Shown here: positions 37,286-50,175 of the stretch, piece after piece
How positions within the stretch are numbered: the first letter of the stretch is position 1
How the letters are laid out: the number at the start of each line of letters is the position of its first letter
NCBI RefSeq assembly: GCF_964213995.1
Contig: NC_135812.1
Location: forward strand, 46,438,001-46,502,000
Length of the DNA stretch: 64,000 nucleotides
Direction: 5' to 3'
Source of the DNA: Mustelus asterias
Taxonomy: Eukaryota
Position numbers and translations under genes: made by a program
Notes under the pieces: model-generated
What the model was told of the DNA's origin: nothing
Database searches by the model: none
The model's input: only the letters and a program-made list of their open reading frames with translations

Positions 37286-38675
37286 CAATTGCCAATTACC
37301 TAAAGGCTGTGGCCTCTGGCATTTTTAAGCTTAAGACAGGGTGGTTGGTTGAAACAGGTGATACAGTCCTCAAAATCTCATTAAGTAAGGGAGTATTCAG
37401 AATGCATGATACATGAATTTAATTCAAATGCAGCAAAGGGCAGTGCATGTAATATTTATGGATATATAACAAGGTTCGTAATTTGATCTTTTGTAAAGTT
37501 TAGCCAAAAAAAACAGGCCAAGTAAGCTGTGGGAGTATACCATTTGCAGAAGTGGTATTCAATAAAATAACTATAACTAGATACCGTTTACACAATTTTG
37601 CAGTACGTGGAAATCCTAACCAGAGAATTTTTACAAATGAATAAGAAACTGCACTTCAATGGGATCGCAAAAAGCTGAATAAATCAGATTTTAGATTCTC
37701 AAAAATACAAGTTTGTATTACAGTAGCTGCTATTAGAGGATATTATATTGAAAAGAAACTGTTTGCTCCTGCTAAATATTTAAATTATTATAACAAAATA
37801 CAGTGTGTTTACAGCTGCAGCTTTGACTGTGGCTGCAGCACATCATTTGCAAATGTTGCAAGGGATGCACTTTTAGTTTAGCAGAGAGTAAGTACTTTAC
37901 ACAAACACAACTCAGTCTCTTCTGCATATACCTCACCAAACATTGCTGATTAGAATTTGCGAAAGCAGATTACGTACAGCTGGCAAAATTGTTTGAGCAA
38001 ATCTTGCAAAACTGCCCATCATTTTACGATGACCCAAATAAATACCAGGAACAGGATCCTCAACTTCTTCCGAATAAAATAGCAAACATGGTTACATATA
38101 TAGAACTGCTGCTAAAAATGCTACGAGTCAGCAAGTACAACACGATTGTACCCATTCTTTCCACACACCATTCTGGGGTTTGTTTTATTTACTCACCTTC
38201 CTTCTTCCCAGAAGTGACAACTCCATCTTCCCACAGGTTGTGTGGAATTCAATGAGACTCGTTGAGTCAAAAGGGCAATTTTATATCTGGTCTAATGAAG
38301 CCCTACTTTTCCTCAAGAGCTTCAAACATATTTCATCGATTCTGATGCACTTCAGAAGGTCATAAAAGACAATACAGAAGTGCAAGCTCCTTATTTCACA
38401 TTGGAAAGGGTCTAATAACTTTTTTTGTATTCGCTCATTAAATGTGGTCATCACTGGCTAGGCCAGCATTTAATGCCCTTCCCTAAATGCCTTCGAGAAG
38501 GTGGTGGTGAGCTGCCTTCTACAGTCCATGTGGTGCCCATGGATTTTCAGAATTACACTGCATGAACATTTTGAACCGAGTTATCAAGGTCTAAATTGCC
38601 AGTGATGTAAATGCACCACTTCTGTCACCCAGTGCAGGCATCAAACATTCCCAAGACACATGTAGCATCATCATA

Positions 38676-38970
38676 GGGTGGCATGGTGGCACAGTGGCTA
38701 GCATTGCTGCCTCACAGCACCAGGGACCTGGGTTCAATTCACAGCTTGGGTCACTGTCTGTTCGGAGTCTGCACGTTCTCCCTGTGTCTGCGTGGGTTTC
38801 CTCTGGGTGCTCTGGTTTCCTCCCACAGTCTGAAAGATGTGCTGGTTATGCTAAATTCTCCCTCAGTGTACCCGAACAGACGTCAAAGTGTGGTGACTAG
38901 GGGATTTTCACAGTAACTTCATTGCAGTGTTAATGTAAGCCTACTTGTGACACTAATCAATAAACTTTAA
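38676..38970 (+). mobile_element. V-SINE variant with alternative tail
   Basis: Full HE1-type head and core; tail ...GACTAGGGGATTTTCACAGTAACTTCATTGCAGTGTTAATGTAAGCCTACTTGTGACACTAATCAATAAAC. Confidence 0.85.
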
Positions 38971-40209
38971 ACAGTACTAAATCACTTAATGTATGCAGGT
39001 TTAATACTGTTAGCTTAATATGAACAATTTGGTGGAAATATCAGTTTGCTCAGCAATAAGAGGTTTCTTCTGTACAATGCTTCCCTGGCTTATATTCAGG
39101 CAACTCATTTATGATCTCCACAGGAGGCTGAGCAGAATCGCAGTATGTAATTTTCAGAGTCACAGAATCCCATGCAGTAAAAATGGATTTGATGCAACCT
39201 GCTTATTTCTTTACTAGAATCATGCAGTATGCTGGCTAATGGTGGAGGAAAACCCTTCCTTGGCAATGCTACACTGACAACAGCTTCAGGAAGAACTCCA
39301 AGCATGGCAAGCAGTACAGTGATCAGAAAGTGATAAAAGTATACTTTATTTTTATATAGGTAGCTGAGAAAAGGATGGTTTTCGGACGAATGCTTTAACA
39401 AATAAAAAAAAGTACTTACATTTCAAGCAAGTGCTGTGAAGGCAGAGAAGAATCACATTTAAATGCTGTTTCTCTTTCTACAATGCTGTAAGACCTGCTG
39501 AGTGCTTCTGGCAATTTGTCTGTATTTCAAATTTCCAACATTTGATTTTGTCATATATATTTATATATACGACAATGGCAGGAGGTTTTTCATCAGGATT
39601 GACAAACAGTTAAGCAAGTCTTATAAAGTGATGGGTAAGTAAGTTTAAAAATGTTGGCCGCAAAATTCAGTTGCCTAGCACCAATATTTCTGACATAATG
39701 GCTGCCATTTTAGGTCCAAAATGTCATCCACTCTGCATGCAGACAAATCTAATGAGATCATTAGCACAGGTACAAGAAGTATGTGTACCAGGCAGATCAT
39801 GATGTTATTCAGCATTGAACACCAATTTGTTTCTAGCTGTGCTATTTTTGCCCTCAAGTGAATGCCCTCTCTGACAGAGTCACATATATATTCAACATCA
39901 GGCAGGAGCCAACAGTGTTACTTAAAGGAATCATTAACCATTTTCAGGTTAGTTGCTGATTGGTTTCTACCAAGTTAGTATGAATTTTGAAGGTTTGCAT
40001 TGTTACGCAAAGTCAATGATGTCATCAGTGAGAGGTACAGCATGGGGTGAAGGACTTGGTTCACCATTCAAAAATTCTGTTCACAGCGCTTAGTTTATAC
40101 TCCCTTTGACCTACAGAATGATGGGGTGAATGAGCAGAATTGACCCGGAGGAGATCAACTTAATTTAAACAGCCCTGATTTTTCTCTCACTAAGAAGTTT
40201 GTAAACAGT

Positions 40210-42383
40210 CTTATGACCAGCCCTGGTGAGGTTCCCCAAAAGTTGCTGATCTGGGCAAGAACCTCTATTTGTCATTGTCCAGTGGGATACCCCCAAATTG
40301 TTACAATCCCAGATGAGGAGGGATGCTCGTCTCAATGTCATTATTCAACCCACCCTCTGCTGGTAGCAACAAGGCTTAATCTAACAAAGTTCCCTTTCCC
40401 TTGGAGACCTTTTCCAGACCCAACAGTTATGTTTAAAAAGGAGCCAATTTAATTGAGCTTTGAGTTAAATCAAATAGTTTATTAACTACTAAAAAGGTAA
40501 GCAGAAATGTTGAAACATGCACATCTACATTCGTACAGATTTGGAGTAAGAATGGAGTCCAACAGTAAATTTGTACAAAACAGTCCTTGATTTGCAAGGA
40601 GTAGATGACGATGCATGTGACCATTATGAACTGAATCCAGTATAGTTGACCTCTGCTGACGAATACTTGATTCTTCAGTTCAGGTGTTCTGTGGTTTGAT
40701 AGAGAGATTTCAGTTCTCTTTCCAGCTGTGATCCTTTGGCTGGCTGGTTAACTTCCACAGTCAGACAGCGAGCTTTTAGATATTCCTACAAAAAATGTTT
40801 ATTTCCTTTTTCTAGGGGCACTGCTTCTGGTACTATATCACATACCTTCAGTGTGGAAAACTTCTGGCTGCTTTTCCTCGCATCACGTACACACACAAAA
40901 CCAGCAGGGCAGACCCAGGCAGGAAGGCAGGCATTAAGCAGCTCTCTCAGCTAGTTTCTTAACCCCTATTATTGTGTATTCCAACTGGACTCGGAATCCG
41001 CTAGTTGGTCTGGAGTGGCAATTACACCTTTGGTCTCAAGATGACATAGGGTCATAATGCCTTTGTCTTTACTGGAGATGCTAATTAGCCTTTGGATGCT
41101 TTTAGCAGTACCTTGTCTGGAAACATAGGGAGAGGTCCATTGTCCCTTACAGAAACACCCGGCAACCATTCCTGTTAGTGGCTAACTGTACACTCTCAGC
41201 CATCTTCAGGGTTTGTGTCCATTTGAAAATCTACAACTCGGTTTCTTTTTAAAATCCAAGATTTTTGTGTATAATTCCATGTTCTTTTCAAAACAACAGG
41301 AAAGTGTTTTTGATTTTTGTTTCCCCTCTTTATAAGAGGTGACGTATTTTTCCCAACCCTTAAATTTGGAGTGTTCTAATCCTCTACAAATAACTCGCAC
41401 AGCAAACTCCCACACACAAAACACAGCAAAGGGGTTTCACAATGTCCGTTCCTCTTTGCACTCATACAATAAAAGAGGGATAAGGGAATGAAAGGGATAC
41501 AGGGCCAGACCACAAAAAATCCAAGTTATAGTCTTACACGAGTCCAGAATTCAGAATCGAAAGTCTAATGGGGCGTTTCTTCAGAGGATAAGTTGGTTGA
41601 CGTCACAGGTTGATCCGTCTTTCCAGAAGTGAAGATTTCCAGGAGGGGAGAAAGCGTGTAGAGTTGAGTTAGTCTCAAAGACACTAGTTCCAATGATCCA
41701 GTAGTTTGCAGCATAAATGAGGATTGGGCAATTGTACATGGAAGGAGTTCTTTTTTGCTGCTACCTGTTTGATAGTGAGATGGTAGGCAGCTACAAGCTG
41801 GTGTTATTGGTCTCTTCGGAGGTCATACGTGACTGGAGATAAAGATCCAACAGCTTATTAATGAAAGGAATTCAGACAACTCAGATTTTGGGTTGAAATG
41901 ACGGATGGGCCCTTGGTTGAAAGCCATTCGATTTTGGAGCAGGTAATGCTTAAGCCGTTAACCTTACATTGGGTATTAGGACCCACAAACAGTCTTTGTC
42001 ATTGGACACAGCATCTCTGGAGACCAGAACTCTTCTTCAGAATGCAAAGAAGCTTTCTGCATTCCAGGAATGGGCATTAGCACCTTTTATTTTTAAAGCT
42101 AAAGCTAATGAGACTCTGCTGGTTTATCTGAAGGTTAGAAATTCCTCTGGTAGTAGTAATGGCGAGTCAGGGAAAAGCTATTATTTAAAAATAAAAAATA
42201 ATAATGTTTCAAAGTAGCCTGGTTTATGCAGATAAGTATTTATATTTCCCTTCCCATTTCAACCGAAACAAAAAGGGCAGAGGACATGTAGAAGTGCTCT
42301 CAGGAGAAGGTCATATCCACTGTGGATCATCTGGGAGCAATGTTTCAATTTCAACCTAAATGGGAAAGTGTGTGTGATATTAA
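40210..42383 (-). mobile_element. LTR-like sequences (probably two adjacent solo or partial LTRs)
   Basis: Minus-strand AATAAA at about 40477, CA-ending segments at about 41441 and 42383, composition similar to 30390-31092; boundaries uncertain. Confidence 0.3.
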
Positions 42384-42394
42384 CACTTCACTCA

Positions 42395-42705
42395 GGAGGT
42401 GAATCCAATAAATATCTGGAATTAAAAGCCTAATGCTGACCTTGAAACCATCCCTGACTTGTCATAAAAACCCATCTGTTCATTAATGTTCTTTAGGGAA
42501 GAAAATCTGCTGTCCTTATCTGATCTGGCCTACATGTGACCCAGATCCACAGCAATGGGGTTGATTCTTAAAAGCACTCTGAAATGGCCCAACAATCCAC
42601 TCAGCTGTATCAAACCGCTCAGCACTGAGGACTGCAGCGGTTCAAGAAAACAGTTCACCACCACCTTCTCGAGGGCAATTAGGACTGGGCAATAAAAGTT
42701 GAATT
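42395..42705 (+). mobile_element. Second tRNA-SINE family (body + LINE-derived tail), 5'-truncated
   Basis: Body AAAAACCCATCTG..TAATGTTCTTTAGGGAAGAAAATCTGC..GGCCTACATGTGAC; tail GGACTGCAGCGGTTCAAG..GGCAATTAGG shared with 9435-9490. Confidence 0.8.
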
Positions 42706-42914
42706 TAAAAAAAAAGTCACTCTCAATATTGGAAATGATGGGATCTTTTTCATTCACCCAAAGGAGCAGACAGGGCCCGAGTTTAAAATCTGGCTTGTCT
42801 GGTACACCACCACTCCCTCAGTACTGCAGTGGAATGTCAGCCCAGATTTTGTGCACCAATCCCAGGAGTGGGACTTGAGCAGATAGTTACTGCCTGAACC
42901 TTCAATCAGATTAG

Positions 42915-43131
42915 ACAGTAAGAAGTCTCACAACACCAGGTTAAAGACCAACAGGTTTATATGGAATCACAAGCTTTCGGAGCGCTGCTCCTTCATCAGG
43001 TGACTCACCCTGAAGAAGGAGCAGCGCTCCAAAAGCTCATGATTCCAAATAAACATGTTGGACTTTAATCTGGTGTTGTGAGACTTCTTACTGTGCCCAC
43101 CCCAATCCAATGCCAGCATCTCCACATCAAA
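42915..43131. mobile_element. Palindromic Penelope pLTR mini-element
   Basis: Inverted arms 42915-43003 and 43004-43094; flanking direct repeat ATTAGACAGTAAG at 42910-42922 and 43132-43144. Confidence 0.85.
42964..43006 (-). ncRNA. Minimal type I hammerhead ribozyme motif
   Basis: GAGUCAC-CUGAUGA-A-GGAGC-AGC-GCUCC-GAAA-G-CUU-GUGAUUC; 7-bp helix I including one G-U pair, intact core. Confidence 0.75.
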
Positions 43132-43594
43132 ATTAGACAGTAAGCGGGACAACTACTGAGAACATTAGGGGAGTGATGGGGTGTGCCAAGACACAGTCAA
43201 TGATGCACACAGGAAAGGAAATGTGTGAATTGGCAATTTTGGGAACCAATACGAATTTTAAAAAATTTTGTTACAAGGTACAAATAGATTTCGTGTGACA
43301 TTGATCATGGCCATCTTTCAGCATTTACCATTGTTCCAGCTGCAGATTATGCACAGCAGCAAATGAATCATCTTACTAAAGCTTTGCATCACATGGGTGC
43401 TTCAAGGTAAAATACTATCTAACTTAGTAAAATCAAAAAGTACAGTACAACACATTTTGGCCGTAAAACTCAATAAGACCTGAAAATAGATGCAGGGATT
43501 ATGGCTATTATGCAGACTTCATTCTGCCTGCTCATTACTGAAGCATGTGACCAGCATTAAGCATGTTGGTGAGTGGGTGCACACTCTAATGGTA

Positions 43595-44372
43595 TATAAC
43601 AAATTGGTGAAGTGGGCAGGCAGGTGGCAGATGAGGTTCAATGCTGAGAAGTGAGAGGTGATGCATTTTGGTAGGAAGAACAGGAAGAAACAATATAAAA
43701 TAAGGGGTACAGTTCTTCAGGGCGTGCAGGAGTAGTGGGACCTGGGTGTATATGTGCATAGATCACTGAAGGTGACAGGGCAGATGGTGAGAGTAGTTAA
43801 AAAGTATATAGCATTCTGGGATTTATTAATATATATTAATATTGAATGAATGTATACAAGAGACTAGTTAGACTTCAGATGGAGTATTATGTACATTCTA
43901 GGCGTCACAATATAAGAAGGATGTGAATGCATTCCAGGGATAAAAAACTTTCAGTTATGAGGTTAGATTGGAGAGGTTGTGACTGTTCTCCTTGGAGAGA
44001 AGGCTAAGAGGAGATTTGATAGAGATGTTTAAAATCATGAGAGGGCTGGACAGAGTAGATCGGGAGAAGCCTTTTCCGCTTGTAAAAGAATCAAGAACCA
44101 GAGGGCACAGATTTAAAGTGTTTTGAAAAAGAAGCAAATGTGATGAGAGAAAAAACGAGTGGTTGGGGTCTGGAATGCACTACCTGGAAGTGTTGTGGAG
44201 GCAGGTTTAACCGAGGTATTCAAGAGGGAAGTAGATGATTACTTGTTTTGTGCAGGGGTACGGGGAAAAAGCAGGGGAATGGCAGTAGGTTATGATGCTC
44301 ATTTGGAGAGTCGGTGCAGACACGATGGGCCAATTGGCCTCCTTCTACACCGTAAAAATTCTGTGATAACGT
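43595..44372 (+). mobile_element. Degenerate CR1 3' fragment
   Basis: WQMRFNAEK, LFSLE.RLRGDLIEMFKIM, VVGVWNALP remnants. Confidence 0.8.
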
Positions 44373-46431
44373 CATGAAAACCTCAGTTCAGGTTAGTCTA
44401 CACTATTTAAGCACTTAGGACATTCTGAAATTGTGAAAGTTGCTACATAAATGCTAATCTTTCTTTTTTGCTTTCTTTGAGTAAAATTTTCTAAATTTAA
44501 AACAGAGATTGTGGGAATCATAGATCCCACTTTGGAACAAAACGGAGATTTGATGGCTAACCAAGCGCTAACCTTTCCACTCTGCAGATGCTGACTGCCT
44601 TGCATTTGACCAGCATTTCCTGTCTTTATTTCAGATTTCCAGCATTTGCAGAATTTTCAATCTATTTAAAAGACTAAAATATTTATGCCCATTTTATTTA
44701 GATTAAAAAATTTCTCAAGTTTACTTATCAGAAAGGAAAGGAGAAACGCGATTAACAATCATTTTTTTATCAGGTTTTGTCCAAACTTCAACTATTATAT
44801 TTTCTCATGAATTACCATTTTATATTTTTTTAAACAAGCTGAGAGAAAAACCCAAAAAATGTTAGAGACGAGTGCCAAACAGTTGTTTCGAGAGGTTGCC
44901 ATCATTTATTTCCCATTGGCCATGGGATGTGGGTAATATCAGAGGTCAGTGTTAACTGCAATACCTAATTGTCCTATGGGCTTTAATATCCCTCTGCCAA
45001 TTGTGGAGCTAGAATTACATGTAGGTCCAGACTAGATACCGAGTGGCAAGTTCGTCCTCTGAAGGACACGAGTGAAGCAGCTTGTTTTTTAAAAAAATCC
45101 AGCAGATTTCATGGTTATTTTCTGCAGCCAGCCCCACAAGTATTCCAATTAATTGAATTCAATTTCACAATTTGCTGTGCTGGGACATGAACTCAGCACC
45201 TTTGGGTTGCCAGTGCAGTGCAGGTAACCAACAGAATACAGTCACACACAACAAAAAGGCAGACACATTTCCAAATAAGGAATCCTCACATAAATCCACT
45301 GCTACTACTAATGACTTTGGTTCATGCAATTAGGGTTCTCGGAATACAGATGAAAAAGTTAAACAGGAAGTCTGAAGATCTGAAATAAAGTCAGAAAATG
45401 CTGCTAAATGTATAGCATCTAGAAAAGAAAAATAAATTTGTCCATTGAGCAAATGCTCGAAGAAAGGTAATCATCAAATAAAACAGCTTTCTTTCAAATC
45501 TTGACCAACCTTCTTCACTACATTGCCATTGCAATGCTAAGATTCAGATAGTTGTAATGTAATAACAGCTTGGATTTATACAGTGCCATTAACAGTAAAT
45601 TGTCCCAAGGTCTTTCACAGGGTATGATCAGATATGAATGAACACCAAGACAAAGGAAACACTATTAGGATGACCAAAAGCTTGGTCACCAAATTAAATG
45701 GCTATTTATGAAAATGGCAATCAGCGTCTGTGATTCATGGTTCTACAGACATAAAATTGTTATTTTTGATGATTTTTCTTTACTGAAAAGTCTCAGTAAC
45801 TACCTACAATTGAGAAAAGAGAAACACAAGATAAAAGAGCACTGGTGAATTTCCAGTTGCTTGGCCCATCTATTTTTTTTCCAGATATATTTGACGTTAA
45901 AAAAAAGGTTAACAGTGTCAAATCTACGATGATTTCAATAGCTTGTTGTGATTTAACAGAGAACCATGAAAACAGTGGATGTTTGAAGACTTTACTTCTT
46001 CAATTTCAGTCCCTTGTATACAGGTTTAAAACTCCACAGGGGAAGCTACTGAGCAGTTGAGAGATGCTTTGCTTCACATCAGTCTGTAACAGATGGCAAG
46101 TTACATTAGTACACCAGAAAAGACTGAACACCTTACAGCATATGATGATTTTTATAATACATCCTCCCCTTAATTTGTTTCTGTCGATTGACAAGAGATT
46201 GCAGTGAGAATGCATCTTGTTCCTGTAAAGGCAACATTTATTTGCATACCAAGACCTGTCACATTTCACAAAGTATCATTACCAAATTGAAATTTGCAGT
46301 TCAAAAATAAATACCTACAAAACTGCCTCAATAAAATACACAACATGTGCATGAAAAAAATCTTAACAGAGTTTCTGGATAGACAAACAGTAATGTCAGC
46401 AACTATTACTGGATTAGTTTAACAAACTTAG

Positions 46432-46885
46432 TTCACAGAATCACAAAATTGTTACGGTGCAGAAGGAGACCATTCTCCTGCCTTTTCCCCGCACTCCCTG
46501 CACATTGCTTCTATTCAATTCAAGTAATCGGGTGTCCTCTTAAATGTTTCGATCGAACCTGCCTCCACCACACTTTCAGGTAGTGCATTCCAGATCCAAA
46601 CCACTCACTGTATGAAAAAATTTTATTCTCACATCACATATAGGGGCGGAATGGACAAGTTGGCCGAAGGGCCTGTTTCCATGCTGTCAACCTCTATGAC
46701 ATTTGCTTTTTTTGCAAATCACTTAAAATCTGTGCCCTCTCATTCTTGATCACTTTACAAGTGGGAACGGTTTCTCCCTATCTTCTCTGTCCAGCTCCCT
46801 CATGATTTTGAACTTCTCTATCAAATCTCCTTTTAGCCTTCTTCTCTCCAAAGAGAACAATCCCAACCTCTCCAATCTGTCCTCG
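46432..46885 (-). mobile_element. Degenerate CR1 3' fragment
   Basis: Reverse complement gives LFSLERRRLKGDLIEKFKIM; tail-like TTCTGTGA repeat at about 46432-46445. Confidence 0.7.
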
Positions 46886-47564
46886 TACAGATGCAATTCA
46901 TGATTCTAATCATCTGTCATTTTAGGAAGTAGTTGCTATTCCAGTAATTGTTTTCCCCAATTTTCTCAACCCTCCACTGACAGGGATAGTTTCATGTATA
47001 CTAGAAACCTGTAGTGCTCACGATACTTGTGTAAATTGGGAAGTGAGCACCAGCGGACTATTCAACTATGTCTTAAGATCATAAGAAATAGACGGAGGAC
47101 TAGGCCATTTGACCCATTGAGCCTGCTCTGCCACTCAATAAGATCATGGCTGATTGGATTGTAGCCTGAACAGCATTTTCGTGCCTGTCCCCAGAAGTGG
47201 ACTCCCTCATCAATCAAATATTCTGTCTAACACAGCATGACCCAGCCCCCACTGATCACGGGGGGAGAAAATTCCAAAGGCTAATGACTCTTTGGAGAAG
47301 AAACAATTCCTCCTCATCTCCATCTTAACTGGGCAGAGAACAATCTTGATTGGACCTGTGAACTAGCCGTCACTGGATTACAAATCAGAAGTAGGCACTC
47401 AGACAGGCCTTCACAGCCAGGGCATCAGGGCCACATGTACTGCCTACATCACTGACATTAACAGTGTTCCACCACACATATAGAAATAGGGCTATGAAGA
47501 AAGAACCTGCAGGATGTGAATCGCAAGAGAGGCTGTCTGTAGCCAACATAGATTGAAAACAAAG

Positions 47565-47750
47565 AAACATCAAAAGCTGAAAATGCTGGAAGATCTCAGC
47601 AGGTCTGACAGCATCTGTGGGGAGAGAATAGAGCCGACGTTTCGAGTCTAGATGACCCTTCGTCAGATCTACGAGCAAAGGTTTTTGCTCTTAGCGCTGA
47701 CGAAGGGTCATCTAGACATGAAACGCATCTGCAGTATTTTGCTTTTAACA
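47565..47750. mobile_element. Inverted Penelope pLTR mini-element (second family) with hammerhead motifs
   Basis: Minus: CUGACGA-A-GGGUC-AUCUA-GACUC-GAAAC-GUC (47636-47666); plus: CUGACGA...GAAAC (47697-47724) lacking the NUH triplet. Confidence 0.75.
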
Positions 47751-48789
47751 TCAAATGCTTTTTGCTTTTGGATTTTCCAGACATTGAACAGATAGACTGG
47801 GGGCTAATTTGGGCCTCGAACTGTCTGGTTTCCAGACTTGGCTGCATAGGAATGCCAACTTGGTAAAGGAGTTTGCACCAGCGAACCTAACGACCATGCG
47901 CAGCCCTGGAGAGATTTACAATGATATGAAAATCCTGAACCTAACCACCATCGGCAGCCTGAGGAGATCCATGTAATGCTGATTTGATGCCAATATTGCC
48001 ATTTTCAAACTGCGCATTCTCATAGAAACCCTACAGTGCAGAAGGAGGCCATTCGGCCCATCGAGTCTGCACCGACCACAATCTCACCCAGGCCCTACCC
48101 CCAATGCTGTCACACAGCTGAACAATAAGTTCGGTGGAAAGGTCATTTAGATCCGAAATGTTAACTCTGTTTCTCTCCACAGATGCTGGTAGACCTGCTG
48201 AGTCTCTCCAGTATTCTCTGTTTTTAATTCAGGTATCCAGCACCTGTGGTATTTTGCTTTTTATATGACGTTGAAAGGAATGAAAGAACATGTCTCCGAA
48301 ACAGCCCCCAACACCAACATTTATTTAGAGGGATTATGAATGGCAAGTTACTTACTGGATTATTTTCTCTGTTTGCTAGTACAGTTGTACATGTTTTTGG
48401 AATTTTCCTGTTTTTGGCTAGAACTTGAATATTCTTGATGAAACGGGCAGGCTGGTGTTGAAATATTTTTTGGTCGTTTAAAATCTTCTGCTGAAACAAG
48501 TTGCTTCCAGACATGAATGGCCTGATGGGATTTCCATGGAGAATTAAATATGACTGACAGAATGAAGTGTGGCCAGGTGGAGCAAAAACAAGCTGCTTTG
48601 AAGAGGGATTGGCGGGTTGCGGGGGACTCTCAGGAGCAGGCTATACCACCTCAGGGAGGTTTCAGGGAGAAATTCTAATTCTTCAACTTCAAGAAACACT
48701 AATACGCCTTCACTGGAGACTGAAACCTGTCAATTGCAGCAACACAACTGCAAATTCAAAGCAGGGTAAAGGAAAGATTGCCTGTCTCG

Positions 48790-49078
48790 ATTCCCGGGTT
48801 CGATTCCCGGCTCAGGTCACTGTCTGTGTGGAGTTTGTACATTCTCCTCGTGTCTGCGTGGGTTTCCTCCGGGTGCTCCGGTTTCCTCCCACAGTCCAAA
48901 GATGTGCGGGTAAGGTTGATTGGCCATGCTAAAAAAAGTGCCTCTTAGTGTCCTGAGATGCGTAGGTTAGAGGTATTAGCAGGTAAAATATGTGGGGGTA
49001 GGGCCTGGGTGGGATTGTGGTCGGTGCAGACTCGATGGGCCGAATGGCCTCTTTCTGCACTGTAGGGTTCTATGATTC
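48790..49078 (+). mobile_element. HE1-like V-SINE (slightly 5'-truncated)
   Basis: B box GGTTCGATTCC, V-type core, CR1-type tail. Confidence 0.9.
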
Positions 49079-49155
49079 TCTGTATAGGTGACCATGGCTT
49101 TCAACTTCAAAATGCCTGGTTCCTTCCAGGCTGCTGCTGGAGACATAAATAATAT

Positions 49156-49510
49156 ATTTTTTTAATTCATTCGTGAGTCATGGGTATCGCTGGCTGGCCA
49201 GCATTTATTGTCCATCCCTGGGTGCCCTTGGAGGGCAGTTGAGAATCAACCACATTGCCGTGGCTCTGGAGTCACATGTCAGTCATACCAGGTAAGGATA
49301 GCAGATTTTCTTCCCTAAAACACATTAGTGAACCAGATGGTTTTTTCCGACAATGGTTTCAGGGCCATTAGTAGATTCTTAATTCCAGATATTTTGGGAA
49401 TTCAAATTCCACCATCTGCCGTGGTGGGATTCGAACCTGGGTCCCCAGAACATTAGCTGAGTTTCTGGATTAATAGTCTAGTGATAATCGCACTCGGCCA
49501 TTGCCTCCCC
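49156..49510 (-). mobile_element. Second tRNA-SINE family, full-length copy
   Basis: Minus head GGGGAGGCAATGGCCGAGTG...GGTTCGAATCCC (A/B boxes), conserved body, tail ...AATAAATGCTGGCCAGCCAGCGATACCCATG..GAATGAATTAAAAAAA. Confidence 0.85.
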
Positions 49511-50175
49511 TGCATCTGCACTGCTGCACAAGATAGATCATTGAATGCTCTCTATGCACAGAGATGCAGCTCCATTTCATTCCATCTTACTAGAGATACA
49601 CAGGGAAAGTGAACAGTGTCAGCAGAGTTGCAGGCTTCCCCATTGTGCATGTTACCTTTGGTACATTGTTTTGTGTGTGTCTCATGTGAATTTGGCCATT
49701 TTTATGAATCGAGAGGGACTTCACTCACTCAGTGTATAGCAGCTGTGTGACCACAGGCAGCCCATCATGCAACTGAACACCCATTATGCTGGCAATAGTC
49801 AGGATTCCTTCATTCTGTCCTTTGTGCCACCTGTATCTGACATACTAGACCAAGTCAAAAGCTAGCTATTGAGCATCAAGGGCTACCCCCTTATAACATG
49901 GCTTATGATTCCCATTTGGAACCTGTACACAGCAGGCTTACAATGAAAGTTATGCTACGATAAAGAACAATATAGAGAGTAAAGTAGCACCATCCTACAG
50001 CATCTGTCACAGCTTTGCTGTAATCAGCTGAGTGGTGTCAAGATTTGTAGCTGTATCCTGCTTGCTGCACAATCTGACCACTATGAGAGAATGCCTCCTG
50101 CCATCAACTATCAGTTGGGAAGCTGAGGAGTAGGAACACAAGGAGGAAGAAGAGATAGTGGCTTGGAGGAAACAC

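Noticed and set aside
47044-47060. Isolated RE1-like GAGCACCAGCGGAC
   Set aside because: 3-nt spacer and incomplete half-sites.
49420-49510. tRNA genes at SINE heads
   Set aside because: A/B boxes belong to tRNA-derived SINE heads followed by SINE bodies; no complete cloverleaf.
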